Source of the DNA: Microcystis aeruginosa NIES-843
GTDB taxonomy: Bacteria; Cyanobacteriota; Cyanobacteriia; Cyanobacteriales; Microcystaceae
Reading direction: 5' to 3'
NCBI RefSeq assembly: GCF_000010625.1
Contig: NC_010296.1
Span: 4,740,001-4,772,000 of the forward strand
Length of the DNA: 32,000 nt
Shown here: positions 27,177-32,000 of the stretch, in pieces
How the letters are laid out: every line of letters starts with the position of its first letter
How positions within the stretch are numbered: position 1 is the stretch's first letter
Program-made: the position numbers and the translations under genes
The notes under the pieces: model-generated
Told to the model about the DNA's origin: nothing
The model's database searches: none
The model's input: the letters and a program-made list of their open reading frames with translations, nothing else

Positions 27177-27645
27177 TCTGACAACTTTTAACACCTACCT
27201 ACTTACTAAATTTGGTTATTAAAAACTGATTATTTATTCTCCCTTTTGCATGAGTGCCTATCCTGATATGTAGCCTATACTCAACGGATTTAGTATTAGG
27301 TATAGACCTCGACCTAATATTATCTCAGGCAACTAGACTCACTTTCTGCACTTCTTAACATTCAATTGATAATTTTTACTAATCTATTGCTGAGAAACCT
27401 TTGCCAATCAGGATTATAGCTACAATGATGGATTTTTTATTAAGGTGAAGAATTGTAAATTTTTTTCTCAGAAAAAATCAATTATTGAAAATGTTCTTAA
27501 TAGTAGTTTATACAATGAAGGTTTTTCGTCAAAACATCTTGGGGAATGTAAAAATATATAAAAGTATATGAAGATGTGCGGAATGTCGGCCCTGTCTGTG
27601 GAGATTTTAGATAGATAGTTTGATATTCAACAAGAGGAAAATGGC

Positions 27646-29118
27646 ATGAACACAAATCACAACCAGAGTTATGGCCGGTTGAAATGGAAAGCGGTGTCGG
27701 CGCGGGAGGCCCAGCACCTGAACGAGCAGGGAGTTTCATCGTCAATCCCCCAGGGGCCGAAATTCCTTAAAGAGCTACCCCCCGATAGCGCAGTGTACGA
27801 GCCGAAGCAGCCGATCACAAAGAAACTTAAAAAGCTCATCGACGATTACGCCTATGGGGGAGCCTTCCAGAGCGCGATCTGGACAGTAAGACAACAGCGC
27901 ATCCCCGAACTCGATCGGATACACAACCTCTACCAATTTTACTATTACATCGATGCCCTGGTAACGTGGATCCCCGGGTTGCGGGTCTGGGAATGGCAGG
28001 GCGACATTTACCATGAACGCACAGATTATCTGCACCTGACGCAGTTCTATTACTACTTCAACCAACCCGAACTCGTCTCCCTGCAAAGCCCCATCGCTCC
28101 CTTTACCGGCGAGGATCTAACACCGCTATCCCTCTGGCTTCGGGAATTTGCGGTCGAATGGGGCGAATTTCTCGACACACCCGAATCGGCCAACCATCTC
28201 GTAACCTATAAGTTCGGGCCGGAATATACCTACCAGGACTACAATGGGGGCGAAAACGGGATCGAGAACTACAAGACATTCAACGAGTGGTTTTCCAGAA
28301 CTTTCAAGGATATCGATCGACAGCGCCCAGTCGCCCAGCCAGACGATCCTCGGATTATTGTCTTCCCAGCCGAGTCCACTTTCGTCGGCCAATGGACTAT
28401 CACCACTCCGGCGGGCGAGCCGATGCCCGCACAGTCCTCAATCGTGGTCAAGCACGTCGAATGGCCTATCCCAGAACTGTTAAAGGGTTCCGAGTATGCC
28501 CAGGATTTCGAGGGCGGCATTCTCGTCCACAGCTTTCTCAATGTCTTCGACTATCACCGGCAGCACGCCCCGGCAGCGGGCAGGATAATTGAGGCTAAAT
28601 TTATCCCAGGACAGGTTTACCTGGATGTCCAACTTGACCTACTCGATGCTGAGGGACGTGCCGATGAAAACTCATCCTTGGCCAACGTGGCCATGCCGCA
28701 CCGTTATCTGGATGCACAGGATGCCACAGACTATCAGTTTGTGCAGTGCCGTGGGCTTTTTGTCCTGGAAACCGCTATCGGCAAGATCGCCGTACTGCCC
28801 ATTGGAATGGCACAAGTATCCTCCGTTGTCTTCGTCAAACCAGGGACGCAGGAACTTATCCGTCTTACCCAACAGGAAAAGAAGGGGCGATCTTATGATG
28901 AGCAGGTGGCACTGATCAACGAGAAGGTGCGCCAGGAGGTGGTGGGAAAAACGGTGTCGAAGGGCGAGATGATCTCGACTTTCCTCTTCGGCGGCTCCGA
29001 CATCGTGATGGTATTCGAGCGTCAGTCCAACGTCAACATCACGGCTACGGTAAATGTTCACTATCCGGTGCGGAGTCAGTACGCCTATTCAAATATCGCC
29101 AAACTGCTGTCGTTTTGA
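27646..29118 (+). CDS. Phosphatidylserine-decarboxylase-family (pyruvoyl-dependent) decarboxylase homologue with a long N-terminal extension
   Basis: Contains the PSD hallmark FDYHRQHAPAAGRI (DYHRxHxPxxG) and the autoprocessing-site-like FLFGGSDIVMVFE (GS of the LGST/GGS motif). At 490 aa it is much longer than a housekeeping bacterial Psd. Confidence 0.75.
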   Translation: MNTNHNQSYGRLKWKAVSAREAQHLNEQGVSSSIPQGPKFLKELPPDSAVYEPKQPITKKLKKLIDDYAYGGAFQSAIWTVRQQRIPELDRIHNLYQFYYYIDALVTWIPGLRVWEWQGDIYHERTDYLHLTQFYYYFNQPELVSLQSPIAPFTGEDLTPLSLWLREFAVEWGEFLDTPESANHLVTYKFGPEYTYQDYNGGENGIENYKTFNEWFSRTFKDIDRQRPVAQPDDPRIIVFPAESTFVGQWTITTPAGEPMPAQSSIVVKHVEWPIPELLKGSEYAQDFEGGILVHSFLNVFDYHRQHAPAAGRIIEAKFIPGQVYLDVQLDLLDAEGRADENSSLANVAMPHRYLDAQDATDYQFVQCRGLFVLETAIGKIAVLPIGMAQVSSVVFVKPGTQELIRLTQQEKKGRSYDEQVALINEKVRQEVVGKTVSKGEMISTFLFGGSDIVMVFERQSNVNITATVNVHYPVRSQYAYSNIAKLLSF

Positions 29119-29198
29119 TCGTGCTTCGCTGTTCTATACTGGCGGAACCTGTCATCTCCAGGGTTCCTTCCAGCCGACATTTTAGGTAAAGTTCCAAT

Positions 29199-29660
29199 AT
29201 GAAAGATCAAGCGAATTCCCTGTATGAATCCGACTTCTATGGGTGGACAGAGCTACAAGCGAAAGCTCTGGCCAACCGACAGGTAGAAGCTCTGGACTGG
29301 CAAAACTTACGGGAGGAAATCATTTCCTTGGGTAAACAAGAATATCGAGAACTGGTGAGCCGTCTAACCGTTTTGGTAGGACATCTTCTCAAATGGGAAT
29401 ATCAGCCAGATAAACGTTCTCGCAGCTGGTTTTTGACGATTAGAGAACAGAGACGAGGGATCAGACGGCATCTAGAGGGCAATCCTAGTTTAAAATCCCG
29501 GATACCGACGGCTTTATCCGATGCTTTCGAGGCCGGAGTGGATTTGGCTTTACGCGAGACGGATTTACCGATACGGACTTTTCCCTCTCACTGTCCCTTC
29601 ACCTTCGAGAACATCATGGCCGACCATTTCCTCTGCGATACGAGTCAGGATTGGCCGTAA
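29199..29660 (+). CDS. DUF29 family protein
   Basis: The N-terminus reads LYESDFYGWTELQAKALANRQVEALDWQNLREEIISLGKQEYRELVSRLTVLVGHLLKWEYQP, as in cyanobacterial DUF29 proteins. Confidence 0.8.
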   Translation: MKDQANSLYESDFYGWTELQAKALANRQVEALDWQNLREEIISLGKQEYRELVSRLTVLVGHLLKWEYQPDKRSRSWFLTIREQRRGIRRHLEGNPSLKSRIPTALSDAFEAGVDLALRETDLPIRTFPSHCPFTFENIMADHFLCDTSQDWP

Positions 29661-29737
29661 ATTTAACGGTTATACCGCCTCAACGGGTATCTGTATCTCA
29701 ACAAGTAATTTAAATACGCAGGCAGCTGATTCTTTTT

Positions 29738-32000
29738 TCACTCTCTCCCTTCAATAATTTTAATTTCTTCCTCGCTTAATCCATAGAGTTTATAAACAAT
29801 TATATCGATCAATTCATCGGTGGCGCTTAATTGTTGTTTTAGGGGCAAAAGTTTATCTAGACTGGTTTGATATTCTTTTTCTAGGGTTTCCTGTATTTGA
29901 CGATCAAGTAAGTTAACGGTAATTTTCTTTTTGTTCTTTTTCAGTATCTCCCACAGTTGATCCAAGCTAAGATGAGGTTCGCTTTTTTGGTAGTCACCGA
30001 GATAGTTTTGGATTTTTGATTTGTTGGTTAAATTATCGATCGCACTGCCGATTATTCTCTCTAAATATCTTAAAAAGCTTTTGATTTCTTTTTGTTTTTC
30101 CCGATTTATCTCGATCATCTGTTCTGCTAAGTAGGCCAGAATATCATGGACTATATCGGTTTCCTCTCTCCTAATATGTTCCTCGATTTCTTTTAATATC
30201 TCTTGCTTTTCTTGATAACTTTTGATAAGTTTCTCTAAACACTGTTGACGGCGATCGCTTTTGGTGTTAAAAGATATTTTTCGGATGGGGATATTTTGTA
30301 AATGTATCGATCTAAGTTCAAGTCTACCTCCAGCATCCTCATCACCTAAAACAGAAACCATGAGTTTAGTAACATTAAAAAGCAACTTTGAGTTAAGCAA
30401 AGCAAGAAGATAAAAATCAGAACAAGGGATAATAAAACATTTATCATTGGGAAAATAACCTTGATTATCAAGCATGAAACGAGAGGAACTTGCAATAACA
30501 GGATATATAATTTTAGGATGCTCAAAAAAAGTCCAATAATCTACAGTGTCTTGTATCTCATACCACTTATAATTACCAGCTTTTCTTCCTTGCCAACTTC
30601 CTGAATGTAGTTCTGGTTTAGGTTCTAATTTACTTTTAAATTTTTCTAAATGTTTTTTGATAGTTGGATATTCATTAATGTTAATACCACGCCGAGTAAA
30701 TATCAAAAAATTTTCTTGATAATTAATTTCATATTTTCTAATGTCGTCACCTACTACTAACGGTTTAATTATTTCTGCTGACTTTGGATCAGATTCAATT
30801 AATTTACTACGGGTATATTGATCAATAAGAAATGCTTCGTTACATCCTGTTATTATTCCACGATAAATCTGATTGTTTACATATTCACTCAGAAAAACAG
30901 CTTTTTTTTGTAATTTTTCGACAATTGTAGCAATCTGATTTTTAGCTAACGACCAACCTTCCACAGACAAGCTATTTTCACATACATAATATGACAGATC
31001 ATTAATCACATCAATTAAACTATTGAATTTGAGAGACTTAATCTTTGATATTAAAACATTTTGTTGACCTACAATATTATTTTCAATCAGTAGAATAGAT
31101 GGAAAAGTTGCCGCTTCCGAAAAAACAGGCAATTCTCCAAAATCGATAATTTCTTTTATAGTTGTTTGCTGGGTTAGAAATTGTCTTAATTTCGTTCCAT
31201 AATTAGCACGCATAAATTTATTTGATATAATCAAACCCAAGTGACCTCCTTGCTGTAAGGATAGTAACCCCATTTCGACAAAATAAACGTATAAATCGGC
31301 AACTCCATGAAAAGATTGATAATTTTCTTTTAGAAAGGGTTTAATATCTTTTAATCCTTCTTGTCGAACATAAGGAGGATTACCGATTACTGCATCAAAA
31401 CCGGGGTTATCTTTCCAAGAAGCGGAATCAAGATCGATAAAAACTTCAGGAAATTCCAGATCCCAATGAAAAAAGCGCTTACTTTTATATAAACTAGCTG
31501 CCTGGTCTAAAATTCCTTGATCTGAACGGGGTAACTTATCCCAATTAATTGCCGATATATTGCCACCGTAGCGCTGCAGAAACTCGATAGCAGTTTTAAC
31601 CCCAAAAAAGCGAGAAAGGAAAACATCTAATAAACGCTTGTAGGGTTTAGCTTGACTATCAAAATCACGGAATAACTGTTCACTTGCTTCCACTTCGGCA
31701 AAAGTCGCATCGCTGAGGGTACTAATTCCCCGCATAATTTCCGCGGCCCGAAGTAACCCAACAAAAGGGCCAGTTAAAAGAGTTAATTGACCACTTTCTT
31801 CCTCGATCATAGCGGCTTCTGCGTCCTTAGCGGTAGTTCCGATCAGAGAGTTCCCACAACGCAAATGATGATCCAAAAAACTCAAAGGTGCGCCCACTGT
31901 GAAAGAATGTAACCAGAGACTAACTTTGGCCAATTCTACAGCCATCGGATTGATATCCACCCCATAAATACAGCGCTTCATCACCACTCTCTGTAATAAT
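29738..32000 (-). CDS. Eco57I/PglX-type N6-adenine DNA methyltransferase with TaqI-like C-terminal specificity region (type IIG/IIL RM or BREX-like); N-terminus lies beyond the window
   Basis: The frame is open to the edge (...LLQRVVMKRCIYGVDINPMAVELAKVSLWL). It contains FHWDLEFPEVF, the catalytic motif IV VIGNPPYV, and the family's typical C-terminal VYKLYGLSEEEIKIIEG. The gene is AT-rich. Confidence 0.85.
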   Translation of the reverse strand, partial: LLQRVVMKRCIYGVDINPMAVELAKVSLWLHSFTVGAPLSFLDHHLRCGNSLIGTTAKDAEAAMIEEESGQLTLLTGPFVGLLRAAEIMRGISTLSDATFAEVEASEQLFRDFDSQAKPYKRLLDVFLSRFFGVKTAIEFLQRYGGNISAINWDKLPRSDQGILDQAASLYKSKRFFHWDLEFPEVFIDLDSASWKDNPGFDAVIGNPPYVRQEGLKDIKPFLKENYQSFHGVADLYVYFVEMGLLSLQQGGHLGLIISNKFMRANYGTKLRQFLTQQTTIKEIIDFGELPVFSEAATFPSILLIENNIVGQQNVLISKIKSLKFNSLIDVINDLSYYVCENSLSVEGWSLAKNQIATIVEKLQKKAVFLSEYVNNQIYRGIITGCNEAFLIDQYTRSKLIESDPKSAEIIKPLVVGDDIRKYEINYQENFLIFTRRGININEYPTIKKHLEKFKSKLEPKPELHSGSWQGRKAGNYKWYEIQDTVDYWTFFEHPKIIYPVIASSSRFMLDNQGYFPNDKCFIIPCSDFYLLALLNSKLLFNVTKLMVSVLGDEDAGGRLELRSIHLQNIPIRKISFNTKSDRRQQCLEKLIKSYQEKQEILKEIEEHIRREETDIVHDILAYLAEQMIEINREKQKEIKSFLRYLERIIGSAIDNLTNKSKIQNYLGDYQKSEPHLSLDQLWEILKKNKKKITVNLLDRQIQETLEKEYQTSLDKLLPLKQQLSATDELIDIIVYKLYGLSEEEIKIIEGRE

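Noticed and set aside
27775-29061. Six overlapping ORFs on both strands inside the PSD-like gene.
   Set aside because: This is the same GC-rich off-frame artefact. The 490-aa frame carries the family motifs.

Overview
This is a cyanobacterial chromosomal window. It carries the phycocyanin genes cpcB and cpcA, and HIP1 octamers (GCGATCGC) are frequent in the core genes. The backbone has a sulfur and methionine theme: cysK, a persulfide-dioxygenase fusion gene, a metY-metX operon, cysA, a TauE/SafE exporter and a LysR regulator. Duplicated membrane genes (CadD-like x2, DUF202 x2, SPFH plus a remnant) are interspersed. Mobile DNA has reworked the region heavily. There are two unrelated IS630-family elements, one splitting metX and one sitting in an SPFH pseudogene. 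A tnpB-only IS200/IS605-family element splits metY. Two ~355-bp TnpB-less derivatives keep both element ends, and each abuts the 3' end of a host gene. The best candidate for an undescribed system is the AT-rich, HIP1-free cassette at 10044-12046 (minus strand). It encodes an ABC/AAA_21-type ATPase translationally coupled to a 195-aa protein with a PD-(D/E)xK-like D..ExK signature. The architecture is like Septu, PARIS or AbiL, but the effector is different. Other accessory content: a small gene missing from the ORF track (DUF6888-like, probable ATT start) coupled to a DUF6887-like gene; a VapBC-like pair; a PsiD/PSD-like pyruvoyl decarboxylase homologue; DUF29; and a truncated Eco57I/PglX-type DNA methyltransferase at the right edge. 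Two inverted copies of a heptamer-array (STRR-like) element bracket about 22 kb. I found no rRNA, tRNA or CRISPR array. All family assignments come from motif reading and memory of the families, not from searches.
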